30,236 bases of DNA from a virus. Its lineage: Duplodnaviria > Heunggongvirae > Uroviricota > Caudoviricetes. Within the stretch, counting starts at the first letter, position 1. Every line of letters begins with the position of its first letter. A program made the translations under genes and the position numbers. The notes beneath the pieces are model-generated. The model was not told the DNA's origin. It made no database searches and worked only from the letters and a program-made list of their open reading frames with translations. Of this stretch, positions 19,032 through 28,229 are shown one piece after another. The DNA lies in the IMG/VR virus record IMGVR_UViG_2597489893_000002, positions 1-30,236 of that record; one strand, 5' to 3'.

Positions 19032-19820
19032 ATGCTGGAAAAAGACTACCAGTTATCCGCATATAAAAAATTGGCCGCAGCCGGTGGGATGAAAACACTT
19101 GGTGCCATAACATCGGCACGAAACAGTGCTAACACGGCAAAACAGCTTGCAGAAGAATTGATCGGATTAATTTTGGATACAATTGTCTATCCCGACACTA
19201 TTACCAGTTATGTTTCAACGATCAGAACAACCACAACAGGCTTAACGAACATTGTCGAACTGGCAACTAAGCACGCGGACCTGTTGGCTGGTTATGCAGA
19301 TCTGTCAATGCTGCTTCAACTCGATATTGGTTGGGATGTTTACTGCCGTGCTAATGAGCGAGAAGTTTCAGAACTGCCGATCTCTATTGCCATTGGTGAT
19401 GTGACTATTACTAAATCGCTTGAGGACGCTGTAAACGCGCTTAATACATCAAGTTTAGTTGCTGCTATGGGGGAGATTAACCAGACCCTTAACACTGGCT
19501 CAGGAAGCTCGTCAGGCTCTGGTTCAGGCGGCGGCACTGCCACTCCCCCACCAGCACTAACAGAAGAGCAAATTGAATCTCTGAAAGTAGCAACTGAACA
19601 GTTTGGGGTTGTTTTCAACCAGACAACAGCGCCCACAACTGCGTTACAACAGCAGTATGAACGAGCGAATGAAAGCGCCAACGTAGCCATAACTGCTTAT
19701 AACCATGCTATCGGTACCGCGCTTGCGGAAGCATCAGCAAATAAGGCCAGCACAGCCAGCGCAGTTGCCGCTTTGGTTCCTGATTCTGTTCTTGATGAAT
19801 TAAACAAAGCGGCACAGTAA
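19032..19820 (+). CDS. hypothetical protein with Gly/Ser linker, 262 aa
   Basis: RBS AGGAG before ATG at 19032 (the track ORF from 18975 overlaps the previous gene). Internal GSGSSSGSGSGGG linker. No function recognised. Confidence 0.6.
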   Translation: MLEKDYQLSAYKKLAAAGGMKTLGAITSARNSANTAKQLAEELIGLILDTIVYPDTITSYVSTIRTTTTGLTNIVELATKHADLLAGYADLSMLLQLDIGWDVYCRANEREVSELPISIAIGDVTITKSLEDAVNALNTSSLVAAMGEINQTLNTGSGSSSGSGSGGGTATPPPALTEEQIESLKVATEQFGVVFNQTTAPTTALQQQYERANESANVAITAYNHAIGTALAEASANKASTASAVAALVPDSVLDELNKAAQ

Positions 19821-19859
19821 CAAAGGACTTCATTGATAATTTTTCTTCAGGAGGAAGAC

Positions 19860-20282
19860 ATGTCATTCTTTTCTACGTTAAAAACAGCTTTGTCTTTGAA
19901 GGAGAAACTTGCTGCTACTGGTGTTCTTGTTCTGATTTGCGCACTTGTTGGTGCTGGGTTTGCATGGGAACGTCATCAGCTAAAGCAAGCCATGGAGAAA
20001 ATTGGCAGTCTTGATCAGGCTGTTAAGGAACGTGATAAGTCAATAATGGATCTTAACCAGACCATTGAGACGATGAACAAAGCAGAGCAACATTTTCACA
20101 GCCAGGAAGTGAAAAATGAATCAGAACAAGCCAAATATGCTGACAGGCAAATGGAACGAAAAGCTGAAGTTCAGAAACAACTGGTTGCGTCGGGTAGTGT
20201 TCGCCAGCGCATTCCTGTTGACACTCAGCGGTTGCTCCGGGAGTCGATCAGCGAATTTAACGCCGACGCCGACAAAGGTTAA
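19860..20282 (+). CDS. i-spanin-like inner-membrane protein, 140 aa
   Basis: Strong RBS AGGAGG 5 nt before ATG at 19860; N-terminal TM helix then charged coiled-coil-like region. Confidence 0.5.
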   Translation: MSFFSTLKTALSLKEKLAATGVLVLICALVGAGFAWERHQLKQAMEKIGSLDQAVKERDKSIMDLNQTIETMNKAEQHFHSQEVKNESEQAKYADRQMERKAEVQKQLVASGSVRQRIPVDTQRLLRESISEFNADADKG

Positions 20283-20448
20283 TCACCCTGCCCCCAAAAG
20301 TGCGTTTATGTGCAGGATGCCAGAGTTTAGCAGTGAATATTTTGATGATCTGCCAGCCTATATCCTTGATACAGAAACGATGCTGATGGGGATTAACAGG
20401 AAGAATCGCAACGTTAATGATTACAACCACGCTATCAGTGGTAACTAA
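20116..20448 (+). CDS. o-spanin-like outer-membrane lipoprotein, partly nested in the preceding gene
   Basis: +1 frame overlapping the 3-prime end of the i-spanin-like gene; signal peptide ending in lipobox LTLSGC. Start codon uncertain (20116, 20137 or an internal TTG). In P1 a lipoprotein gene mlp lies near repA; the match is by position only. Confidence 0.5.
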   Translation: MNQNKPNMLTGKWNEKLKFRNNWLRRVVFASAFLLTLSGCSGSRSANLTPTPTKVNHPAPKSAFMCRMPEFSSEYFDDLPAYILDTETMLMGINRKNRNVNDYNHAISGN

Positions 20449-20459
20449 AAGGGATTTTT

Positions 20460-20852
20460 ATGTCTGATAAAGTAACAGTAAAGCAAACTATCAACAAAGC
20501 GACTTCAATCTACAAAATTGAGCAAATCACTGTTGGCAAGCCAGGATCTGAACAATACCGTCATGCTTTCGAGCTTGCCGATCAGCTTGGTTTAAAACAC
20601 CCGGATTGCATCGAGCATGTATTTCCGACCTATGCTGATGAGCAATGCACTCATGTTCTTACCGAAGAGGATTTTTTCAGCACTGAAGAACGAGAAGGCG
20701 TTGATCGCTGCATTGGTGTGATTTGTTCTTCGGTAAGTGATGAGTTATTCCCTAATGTGCCTGAATATGGTGGTATTGGATACCAGTTCCTGTATGAAGG
20801 CGATGAGCTTAAATGCTATGAACATGGTCTTCTTATCGAAAGCGTAGAATAA
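20460..20852 (+). CDS. hypothetical protein, 130 aa, immediately upstream of oriR
   Basis: RBS AAAGGGA before ATG; followed by a terminator hairpin at 20866-20889. No motif recognised. Confidence 0.6.
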   Translation: MSDKVTVKQTINKATSIYKIEQITVGKPGSEQYRHAFELADQLGLKHPDCIEHVFPTYADEQCTHVLTEEDFFSTEEREGVDRCIGVICSSVSDELFPNVPEYGGIGYQFLYEGDELKCYEHGLLIESVE

Positions 20853-20865
20853 TACCCTTCCTTCC

Positions 20866-20889
20866 AACCGGCTATGTTGGCCGGTTTTT
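20866..20889 (+). terminator. intrinsic terminator
   Basis: Stem aaccggc / gccggtt with loop tatgttg, then TTTT. Confidence 0.5.
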
Positions 20890-20892
20890 CAC

Positions 20893-21114
20893 TTATCCAC
20901 ATTATCCACTGGGTAGATCCAATAATTAGGTCCATACAGATCCCAATTAGATCCATATAGATCCCTGATCGTTGCAGGCCGCGCCACGTCTGGCTTAGAA
21001 GTGTATCGCGATGTGTGCTGGAGGGAAAACGATGTGTGCTGGAGGGATAAAAATGTGTGCTGACGGGTTGCTAATGTGTGCTGGCGGGATATAGGATGTG
21101 TGCTGACGGGAAAG
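20893..21114. other. plasmid replication origin, P1 oriR type
   Basis: Tandem DnaA boxes TTATCCACA and TTATCCACT (20893-20910); five GATC sites within 20916-20970 in AGATCC-type repeats; five direct iterons (core TGTGCTGGAGGGA and variants) at about 21-bp spacing, 21010-21114, directly upstream of repA. Confidence 0.85.
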
Positions 21115-21169
21115 CCTGGGTAGTTATCACCACTTATAAAAACTATCCACACAATTCGGAAAAAGTAAT

Positions 21170-22030
21170 ATGAATCAATCATTTATCTCCGATATTCTTT
21201 ACGCAGACATTGAAAGTAAGGCAAAAGAACTAACAGTTAATTCAAACAACACTGTCCAGCCTGTAGCATTGATGCGCTTGGGGGTATTCGTTCCGAAGCC
21301 ATCAAAGAGCAAAGGAGAAAGTAAAGAGATTGATGCCACCAAAGCGTTTTCCCAGCTGGAGATAGCTAAAGCCGAGGGTTACGATGATATTAAAATCACC
21401 GGTCCTCGACTCGATATGGATACTGATTTCAAAACGTGGATCGGTGTCATCTACGCGTTCAGCAAATACGGCTTGTCCTCAAACACCATCCAGTTATCGT
21501 TTCAGGAATTCGCTAAAGCCTGTGGTTTCCCCTCAAAACGTCTGGATGCGAAACTGCGTTTAACCATTCATGAATCACTTGGACGCTTACGTAACAAGGG
21601 TATCGCTTTTAAGCGCGGAAAAGATGCTAAAGGCGGCTATCAGACTGGTCTGCTAAAGGTCGGTCGTTTTGATGCTGACCTTGATCTGATAGAGCTGGAG
21701 GCTGATTCGAAGCTGTGGGAGCTGTTCCAGCTTGATTATCGCGTTCTGTTGCAACACCACGCCTTGCGTGCCCTTCCGAAGAAAGAAGCTGCACAAGCCA
21801 TTTACACTTTCATCGAAAGCCTTCCGCAGAATCCGTTGCCGCTATCTTTCGCCCGAATCCGTGAGCGCCTGGCTTTGCAGTCAGCTGTTGGCGAGCAAAA
21901 CCGTATCATTAAGAAAGCGATAGAACAGCTTAAAACAATCGGCTATCTCGACTGTTCAATTGAGAAGAAAGGCCGGGAAAGTTTTGTAATCGTCCATTCT
22001 CGCAATCCAAAGCTGAAACTCCCAGAATAA
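21170..22030 (+). CDS. repA: plasmid replication initiator RepA, 286 aa
   Basis: Complete ORF flanked by iteron arrays on both sides. Sequence and length agree with P1 RepA as far as I recall. Confidence 0.9.
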   Translation: MNQSFISDILYADIESKAKELTVNSNNTVQPVALMRLGVFVPKPSKSKGESKEIDATKAFSQLEIAKAEGYDDIKITGPRLDMDTDFKTWIGVIYAFSKYGLSSNTIQLSFQEFAKACGFPSKRLDAKLRLTIHESLGRLRNKGIAFKRGKDAKGGYQTGLLKVGRFDADLDLIELEADSKLWELFQLDYRVLLQHHALRALPKKEAAQAIYTFIESLPQNPLPLSFARIRERLALQSAVGEQNRIIKKAIEQLKTIGYLDCSIEKKGRESFVIVHSRNPKLKLPE

Positions 22031-22314
22031 GTGTGTGCTGGAGGGAAGCTGCATTAAAAAAATGTGTGCTGCCGGGAAGGCTTGTCTAATTTCCTGTTTT
22101 TGATGTGCGCTGGAGGGGGACGCCCCGCAGTTTGCCCAGACTTTCCCTCCAGCACACATCTGTCCATCCGTTTTTCCCTCCAGTGCACATGTAATTCTCT
22201 GCCTTTCCCTCCAGCACACATATTTGATACCAGCGATCCCTCCACAGCACATAATTTAATGCGACTTCCCTCTATCGCACATTCTGGTCCTGCATCATCC
22301 CTCCAGCACACATC
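22031..22314. repeat. incA-type copy-control iteron array (nine RepA-binding iterons)
   Basis: Three direct iterons (22031, 22061, 22102) and six in inverse orientation (CCCTCCAGCACACAT and variants; 22142, 22173, 22204, 22235, 22265, 22296), starting at the repA stop codon. Confidence 0.85.
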
Positions 22315-22329
22315 TAATAGCCACATCGC

Positions 22330-22415
22330 CATTTCTTTACGTGCAATAATTGACGCACGAATCAAAAAAAGTTGCACGTAGCAGAATCAAACGTACAATT
22401 CACTCATACGAAATG
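22330..22415 (+). promoter_or_regulatory. putative par promoter/operator region
   Basis: AT-rich region with repeated acgtgca/tgcacgt elements (cgtgcaataattgacgcacg, ttgcacgtagc...acgtaca) upstream of parA, then RBS AAGGAG. Inferred autoregulatory site. Confidence 0.4.
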
Positions 22416-22423
22416 ATAAGGAG

Positions 22424-23635
22424 ATGATGATGAAACGCGATTACGGCGGTGTCGGCACCATAGCTCTTCGTGCAAGCGCATTACTTAAGGCCATGAGTCA
22501 GGATATTGAAGATCAGCGCAAAGAGTTCAATCAGACCGAGTATTATCAGACGTTCACTCGTAACGCTGTGGCAAAGTTGCCGAAGCTGAGCCGCCGTATT
22601 GTGGAGCAGGCCATCAAAGAGATGGAAGATGATGGGTACCAGTTCAACAAGAAACAGGTCGGTAACGTTGAACAGTACGCGCTGACCATCCAGAACGTCA
22701 TTGATATCTATGCCCACCGTAAGATCCCCAAATATCGCGACATTCACAAATCGCCTTACGTTATTTTTGTCGTAAACCTGAAGGGTGGCGTATCCAAAAC
22801 GGTTTCCACAGTCACGTTGGCGCACGCTCTGCGTGTGCATCAGGATTTACTGCGTCACGATCTGCGCATTCTGGTAATTGACCTTGACCCTCAGGCATCC
22901 AGCACAATGTTCCTCGACCATACTCACAGTATTGGTTCCATCCTGGAAACCGCCGCGCAGGCGATGCTGAACGACCTGGACGCGGAGACGCTACGCAAAG
23001 AGGTGATTCGTCCGACCATCGTTCCTGGCGTAGACGTGATTCCAGCCTCTATCGACGATGGCTTTGTTGCCAGCCAATGGAAAGAGCTGGTTGAAGAGCA
23101 TCTTCCCGGACAAAATCAGTACGAAATCCTTCGACGCAATATCATTGATCGTGTTGCGGATGATTATGACTTTATCTTTATTGATACCGGTCCACACCTG
23201 GATCCGTTCCTGCTCAACGGTCTGGCGGCCAGCGATTTGCTGCTTACCCCTACCCCACCAGCCCAGGTTGACTTCCACTCAACACTGAAATATCTCACCC
23301 GTCTGCCAGAAATGCTGGAGCAACTGGAGGAGGAAGGCGTAGAACCGCGTTTGAGCGCCAGCATTGGTTTTATGTCGAAGATGACCGGCAAGCGCGATCA
23401 CGAGACATCACACAGCCTTGCGCGTGAGGTTTACGCCAGCAACATTCTGGACTCTTCTCTGCCTCGTCTGGATGGCTTTGAGCGATGCGGCGAGTCTTTC
23501 GACACCGTAATCAGTGCCAACCCGCAATCGTATCCAGGCAGTGCAGAGGCGCTGAAGAAGGCACGAACCGAGGCCGAGCGTTTCACTAAGGCTGTGTTTG
23601 ATCGAATTGAGTTTGTTAGGGGTGAGGCGGCATGA
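22424..23635 (+). CDS. parA: partition ATPase ParA, type Ia with N-terminal HTH
   Basis: Deviant Walker A VNLKGGVSKTVSTV, Walker A-prime and B (ILVIDLDPQ, DFIFIDTGPH), about 400 aa with long N-terminal extension. Collinear with P1/P7 ParA but clearly diverged from the P1 sequence as I remember it. Confidence 0.92.
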   Translation: MMMKRDYGGVGTIALRASALLKAMSQDIEDQRKEFNQTEYYQTFTRNAVAKLPKLSRRIVEQAIKEMEDDGYQFNKKQVGNVEQYALTIQNVIDIYAHRKIPKYRDIHKSPYVIFVVNLKGGVSKTVSTVTLAHALRVHQDLLRHDLRILVIDLDPQASSTMFLDHTHSIGSILETAAQAMLNDLDAETLRKEVIRPTIVPGVDVIPASIDDGFVASQWKELVEEHLPGQNQYEILRRNIIDRVADDYDFIFIDTGPHLDPFLLNGLAASDLLLTPTPPAQVDFHSTLKYLTRLPEMLEQLEEEGVEPRLSASIGFMSKMTGKRDHETSHSLAREVYASNILDSSLPRLDGFERCGESFDTVISANPQSYPGSAEALKKARTEAERFTKAVFDRIEFVRGEAA

Positions 23636-24597
23636 AAAAAATAGTTTCCCGTGGACGAGTGCTGGGCAAGAATAGCTCCGAGTTTGCTCGCATGCTTGAA
23701 GGCAGTGAAGGCACCAAAACCTTTACCCTAAAATCTGGCCGCCAGGCTAAATTCTTGCTTACCGTCGTGCTGAGTGGTGAGATTGAGTCGCGCACGTTCG
23801 TTGACCCGGCAGTTAACGGCCGCGATCAGTCTCTGCTCACCCCTGAGTCGGTAAGCGATATTTCCCGCACCATTAAATTGCAACAGTTCTTCCCGGCTAT
23901 CGGTCGTATGGTTGGGGAGCGCATTGAGGTATTGGACGGATCGCGTCGCCGCGCTGCGTGTATCTTCAATGAAACGAAATTTGAGATTCTGGTGACGAAA
24001 GATGAGATCAGCCTGGCGGATGCCCGCCAGCTGGCCATTGATATCCAGACAGCCCGCGAACACACTCTGCGCGAGCTGGGTAAACGCTTCGAGGTTATGT
24101 ACGGTAAGAATATGACCAAAGAAGAGATCGCCCGAGCTGAGAACATCTCAAAGGCAAAAGTGACGCGAGCTTTCCAGGCTGCCGCGGTGCCGGATGAGAT
24201 GATTGCTGTCTTCCCCGTAGCCAGCGATCTCGCCCTTCCAGATTACCAGTTACTGCTCCAGATCGCCGAGGATGCTAACGCTAAAAGCGTGCCGATTGAA
24301 GAGCTGGTTGATACGGTGCGCGAACGAATTGCAGAGACTGAGGGCGCGAAAGAGGATAAAGCGAAGATACTGGCTATCTTCAAAGCGGAAAGCAAAAGCC
24401 TGAAGCCCGCGCCGGTTAAATCTGTGGTGGTTGAGAAGCTGCGAGACTTCTCTGACCGTCGCCAATATGCCCGAAAGAAGTCCGATCCGAAAAAACGGGT
24501 TGTCGCCTACGAGTTCTCCAGACTCCCGTCTGAAGTGCAAACTGAAATTGACGAAGCAATAAAAAAAATCATTGGGAAAATGTCTGCTGGGGAATAA
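23632..24597 (+). CDS. parB: partition centromere-binding protein ParB
   Basis: ATG overlaps parA stop (ATGA). ParB-box GRQAKFLL, EILDGSRRR arginine patch, ISKAKVTRAFQ HTH. Confidence 0.9.
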   Translation: MKKIVSRGRVLGKNSSEFARMLEGSEGTKTFTLKSGRQAKFLLTVVLSGEIESRTFVDPAVNGRDQSLLTPESVSDISRTIKLQQFFPAIGRMVGERIEVLDGSRRRAACIFNETKFEILVTKDEISLADARQLAIDIQTAREHTLRELGKRFEVMYGKNMTKEEIARAENISKAKVTRAFQAAAVPDEMIAVFPVASDLALPDYQLLLQIAEDANAKSVPIEELVDTVRERIAETEGAKEDKAKILAIFKAESKSLKPAPVKSVVVEKLRDFSDRRQYARKKSDPKKRVVAYEFSRLPSEVQTEIDEAIKKIIGKMSAGE

Positions 24598-24639
24598 TCC
24601 CGCTGGTGGGAGGCGGCTTTAGCCCCCTCCCCTGTCTAA

Positions 24640-24740
24640 AATGTCCCGCGCCTATTTCATGTATAAATATATGATATATATAGATATTCATGGAAAATTT
24701 CAGACTGAAATTCCCACGATTTCACGCCTGTTTTACTTGC
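24640..24740. other. candidate parS centromere
   Basis: Immediately downstream of parB: heptamer ATTTCAC at 24719-24725 and a near copy ATTTCAT at 24654-24660, flanking an AT-rich segment (gtataaatatatgatatatatagatatt) that could be an IHF site. Boundaries approximate. Confidence 0.4.
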
Positions 24741-24863
24741 CCCCCTCCCCCGCACAAAAAATTTAAAAAATTACTTTTAGCGAGAAAGTCAACAAGTGAC
24801 TTTCAATAAAATCTCTTCCGAAAAGGGATTCACACAAGTGCCTTGTGTTTAAGGAAGAGTAAA

Positions 24864-26570
24864 TTGAGTAACTTACGCGAATACCAGAATCGTATTGCAG
24901 ATATCGCAAAACGCTCTAAAGCTGTGCTTGGCTGGGCAAGCACTGCGCAGTTCGGTACTGATAACCAATTCATTAAAGATGATGCCGCGCGTGCCGCATC
25001 TATCCTTGAAGCTGCACGTAAAGACCCGGTTTTTGCGGGTATCTCTGATAATGCCACCGCTCAAATCGCTACAGCGTGGGCAAGTGCACTGGCTGACTAC
25101 GCCGCAGCACATAAATCTATGCCGCGTCCGGAAATTCTGGCCTCCTGCCACCAGACGCTGGAAAACTGCCTGATTGAGTCCACCCGCAATAGCATGGATG
25201 CCACTAATAAAGCGATGCTGGAATCCGTCGCAGCAGAGATGATGAGCGTTTCTGACGGTGTTATGCGTCTGCCTTTATTCCTCGCGATGATCCTGCCTGT
25301 TCAGTTGGGGGCAGCTACCGCTGATGCGTGTACCTTCATTCCGGTTACGCGTGACCAGTCCGACATCTATGAAGTCTTTAACGTGGCAGGTTCCTCTTTT
25401 GGTTCTTATGCTGCTGGTGATGTTCTGGACATGCAATCCGTCGGTGTGTACAGCCAGTTACGCCGCCGCTATGTGCTGGTGGCAAGCTCCGATGGCACCA
25501 GCAAAACCGCAACCTTCAAGATGGAAGACTTCGAAGGCCAGAATGTACCAATCCGAAAAGGTCGCACTAATATCTACGTTAACCGTATTAAGTCTGTTGT
25601 TGATAACGGTTCCGGCAGCCTACTTCACTCGTTTACTAATGCTGCTGGTGAGCAAATCACTGTTACCTGCTCTCTGAACTACAACATTGGTCAGATTGCC
25701 CTGTCGTTCTCCAAAGCGCCGGATAAAGGCACTGAGATCGCAATTGAGACGGAAATCAATATTGAAGCCGCTCCTGAGCTGATCCCGCTGATCAACCACG
25801 AAATGAAGAAATACACCCTGTTCCCAAGCCAGTTCGTTATCGCGGCTGAGCACACGGTACAGGCGGCGTATGAAGCACAGCGTGAATTTGGTCTGGACCT
25901 GGGTTCCCTACAGTTCCGCACCCTGAAGGAATACCTGTCTCATGAACAGGATATGCTGCGTCTTCGCATCATGATCTGGCGTACTCTTGCGACCGACACC
26001 TTTGACATCGCTCTGCCGGTTAACCAGTCCTTTGATGTATGGGCAACCATCATTCGTGGCAAATTCCAGACTGTATATCGCGACATTATTGAGCGCGTTA
26101 AATCTTCTGGTGCGATGGGGATGTTTGCTGGTGCTGATGCAGCATCTTTCTTCAAACAGTTGCCGAAGGATTTCTTCCAGCCAGCCGAAGACTATATCCA
26201 GACTCCGTATGTTCACTACATCGGTACCCTGTTCGGTAACGTGAAAGTGTACGAAGTACCTGCTGGTATTTGTAAGAACTTAACGACAGAGAACATTCAG
26301 TTCAGCTCGATGGATGTGCTGTGCTACGTCCGTGATGAAAATCCGGGTAAAGCAGGCTTCGTGACTGGTGATGCTGTCCCGGCCATCCCGTTCCAGCATC
26401 CGACCACTCCGGCGCTGGTCAACCGTACCACGCTGTGGGGTTCGGCTATCAACGATATGCACCCACGCAACGGCGCTGATTACTTCACTCGTGTAACGCT
26501 GACAATGGCCAAAAAAGGCGGGCTTAACTTCATTAGCGGCGACACGATTGATGCCGGTGACTCTGAGTAA
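24864..26570 (+). CDS. putative major capsid protein with N-terminal delta-like domain, about 568 aa
   Basis: Large ORF directly after parS and before the sheath gene, where P1 has gene 23. No in-frame ATG near the 5-prime end; proposed TTG start at 24864 six nt after RBS AGGAAG (track starts at TTG 24843). Helical Ala-rich N-terminal 120 aa. Function by position and composition only. Confidence 0.4.
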   Translation: MSNLREYQNRIADIAKRSKAVLGWASTAQFGTDNQFIKDDAARAASILEAARKDPVFAGISDNATAQIATAWASALADYAAAHKSMPRPEILASCHQTLENCLIESTRNSMDATNKAMLESVAAEMMSVSDGVMRLPLFLAMILPVQLGAATADACTFIPVTRDQSDIYEVFNVAGSSFGSYAAGDVLDMQSVGVYSQLRRRYVLVASSDGTSKTATFKMEDFEGQNVPIRKGRTNIYVNRIKSVVDNGSGSLLHSFTNAAGEQITVTCSLNYNIGQIALSFSKAPDKGTEIAIETEINIEAAPELIPLINHEMKKYTLFPSQFVIAAEHTVQAAYEAQREFGLDLGSLQFRTLKEYLSHEQDMLRLRIMIWRTLATDTFDIALPVNQSFDVWATIIRGKFQTVYRDIIERVKSSGAMGMFAGADAASFFKQLPKDFFQPAEDYIQTPYVHYIGTLFGNVKVYEVPAGICKNLTTENIQFSSMDVLCYVRDENPGKAGFVTGDAVPAIPFQHPTTPALVNRTTLWGSAINDMHPRNGADYFTRVTLTMAKKGGLNFISGDTIDAGDSE

Positions 26571-26630
26571 TCAGGGGAAGTTCTCCGTTTAACATAGCGC
26601 CCCCGTGCGGGGCGCATAACAGGGAAAGTT

Positions 26631-28220
26631 ATGTCTCAATATTCAATTCAACAGTCATTAGGTAATGCATCCGGCGTCGCGGTTAGCCCGATCAATGCCG
26701 ATGCGACGTTATCTACCGGTGTTGCATTAAATAGCAGCTTATGGGCTGGTATTGGCGTATTTGCGCGTGGCAAGCCGTTTACTGTTCTTGCGGTTACTGA
26801 GTCCAATTACGAAGATGTTCTCGGCGAACCGCTGAAGCCGTCTTCCGGCTCACAGTTCGAACCAATTCGCCATGTATACGAAGCTATTCAGCAAACGTCT
26901 GGTTATGTTGTTCGCGCTGTTCCGGATGATGCGAAGTTCCCGATTATTATGTTCGATGAATCAGGCGAACCGGCTTACAGTGCGTTGCCATACGGTTCTG
27001 AAATTGAACTTGATAGTGGCGAAGCCTTTGCTATCTACGTTGATGATGGTGATCCGTGTATTTCACCTACCCGTGAGTTAACCATCGAAACGGCAACAGC
27101 GGACAGCGCGGGTAATGAACGCTTCCTCTTAAAACTGACCCAGACGACTTCGCTCGGCGTGGTAACGACCCTGGAGACACACACTGTGTCTTTGGCGGAA
27201 GAAGCGAAAGATGACATGGGCCGCTTGTGTTATCTGCCTACGGCTCTGGAAGCCCGTTCTAAATATCTGCGCGCGGTTGTTAATGAAGAGCTGATTTCGA
27301 CAGCGAAAGTAACAAACAAAAAATCGTTGGCGTTCACTGGCGGTACCAACGGCGATCAGTCGAAAATCTCAACCGCTGCGTACCTGCGTGCGGTTAAAGT
27401 GCTGAATAATGCGCCGTACATGTACACCGCTGTTCTTGGCCTGGGCTGCTATGACAATGCGGCTATCACCGCATTAGGTAAAATCTGTGCAGATCGCCTG
27501 ATTGATGGCTTCTTTGATGTCAAACCGACATTGACGTACACGGAAGCGATCTCTGCTGTTGAAGATACCGGTTTACTTGGTACCGATTATGTAAGCTGTG
27601 CTGTCTATCACTACCCGTTCTCCTGCAAAGACAAATGGACCCAATCCCGTGTGGTCTTTGGTCTGTCTGGCGTGGCGTATGCGGCGAAAGCTCGTGGCGT
27701 CAAGAAAAACTCTGATGTCGGCGGTTGGCATTACTCACCGGCTGGTGAAGAACGTGCCGTCATTGCTCGTGCGTCAATTCAACCGCTGTATCCGGAAGAT
27801 ACCCCGGACGAAGAAGCAATGGTCAAGGGCCGTCTCAATAAAGTATCTGTTGGCACCTCTGGCCAGATGATCATCGACGATGCTTTAACTTGCTGCACGC
27901 AGGATAACTATCTGCACTTCCAGCACGTCCCATCCCTGATGAATGCAATCAGCCGTTTCTTTGTCCAGTTAGCCCGACAGATGAAGCATAGCCCGGACGG
28001 TATTACTGCGGCTGGCCTGACTAAAGGGATGACCAAACTTTTAGATCGCTTTGTCGCCTCCGGCGCTCTGGTGGCTCCTCGTGATCCTGATGCTGACGGT
28101 ACAGAACCGTATGTGCTGAAAGTTACGCAGGCGGAATTCGATAAATGGGAAGTAGTCTGGGCCTGCTGCCCGACTGGCGTAGCCCGTCGTATCCAGGGCG
28201 TACCGCTGCTTATTAAGTAA
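26631..28220 (+). CDS. contractile tail sheath protein, 529 aa
   Basis: N-terminal region (VSPINADATLSTGVALNSSLWAGIGVFARGKPFTVLAVTESNYEDVLGEP) resembles the T4 gp18 N-terminus pattern; size typical of sheath proteins. Position corresponds to P1 gene 22. Confidence 0.65.
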   Translation: MSQYSIQQSLGNASGVAVSPINADATLSTGVALNSSLWAGIGVFARGKPFTVLAVTESNYEDVLGEPLKPSSGSQFEPIRHVYEAIQQTSGYVVRAVPDDAKFPIIMFDESGEPAYSALPYGSEIELDSGEAFAIYVDDGDPCISPTRELTIETATADSAGNERFLLKLTQTTSLGVVTTLETHTVSLAEEAKDDMGRLCYLPTALEARSKYLRAVVNEELISTAKVTNKKSLAFTGGTNGDQSKISTAAYLRAVKVLNNAPYMYTAVLGLGCYDNAAITALGKICADRLIDGFFDVKPTLTYTEAISAVEDTGLLGTDYVSCAVYHYPFSCKDKWTQSRVVFGLSGVAYAAKARGVKKNSDVGGWHYSPAGEERAVIARASIQPLYPEDTPDEEAMVKGRLNKVSVGTSGQMIIDDALTCCTQDNYLHFQHVPSLMNAISRFFVQLARQMKHSPDGITAAGLTKGMTKLLDRFVASGALVAPRDPDADGTEPYVLKVTQAEFDKWEVVWACCPTGVARRIQGVPLLIK

Positions 28221-28229
28221 GGGAATACA

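Noticed and set aside
22031-22314. Possible CRISPR array or IS terminal repeats
   Set aside because: Repeats occur in both orientations with irregular spacers of about 12-14 bp, no cas genes or transposase nearby, and they flank repA exactly as iterons do.
26598-26616. Hairpin gcgcccc-gtgc-ggggcgc between capsid-like and sheath genes as a terminator
   Set aside because: No T-run follows it and the sheath gene must be expressed with the capsid gene; more likely an mRNA stability or processing stem-loop.
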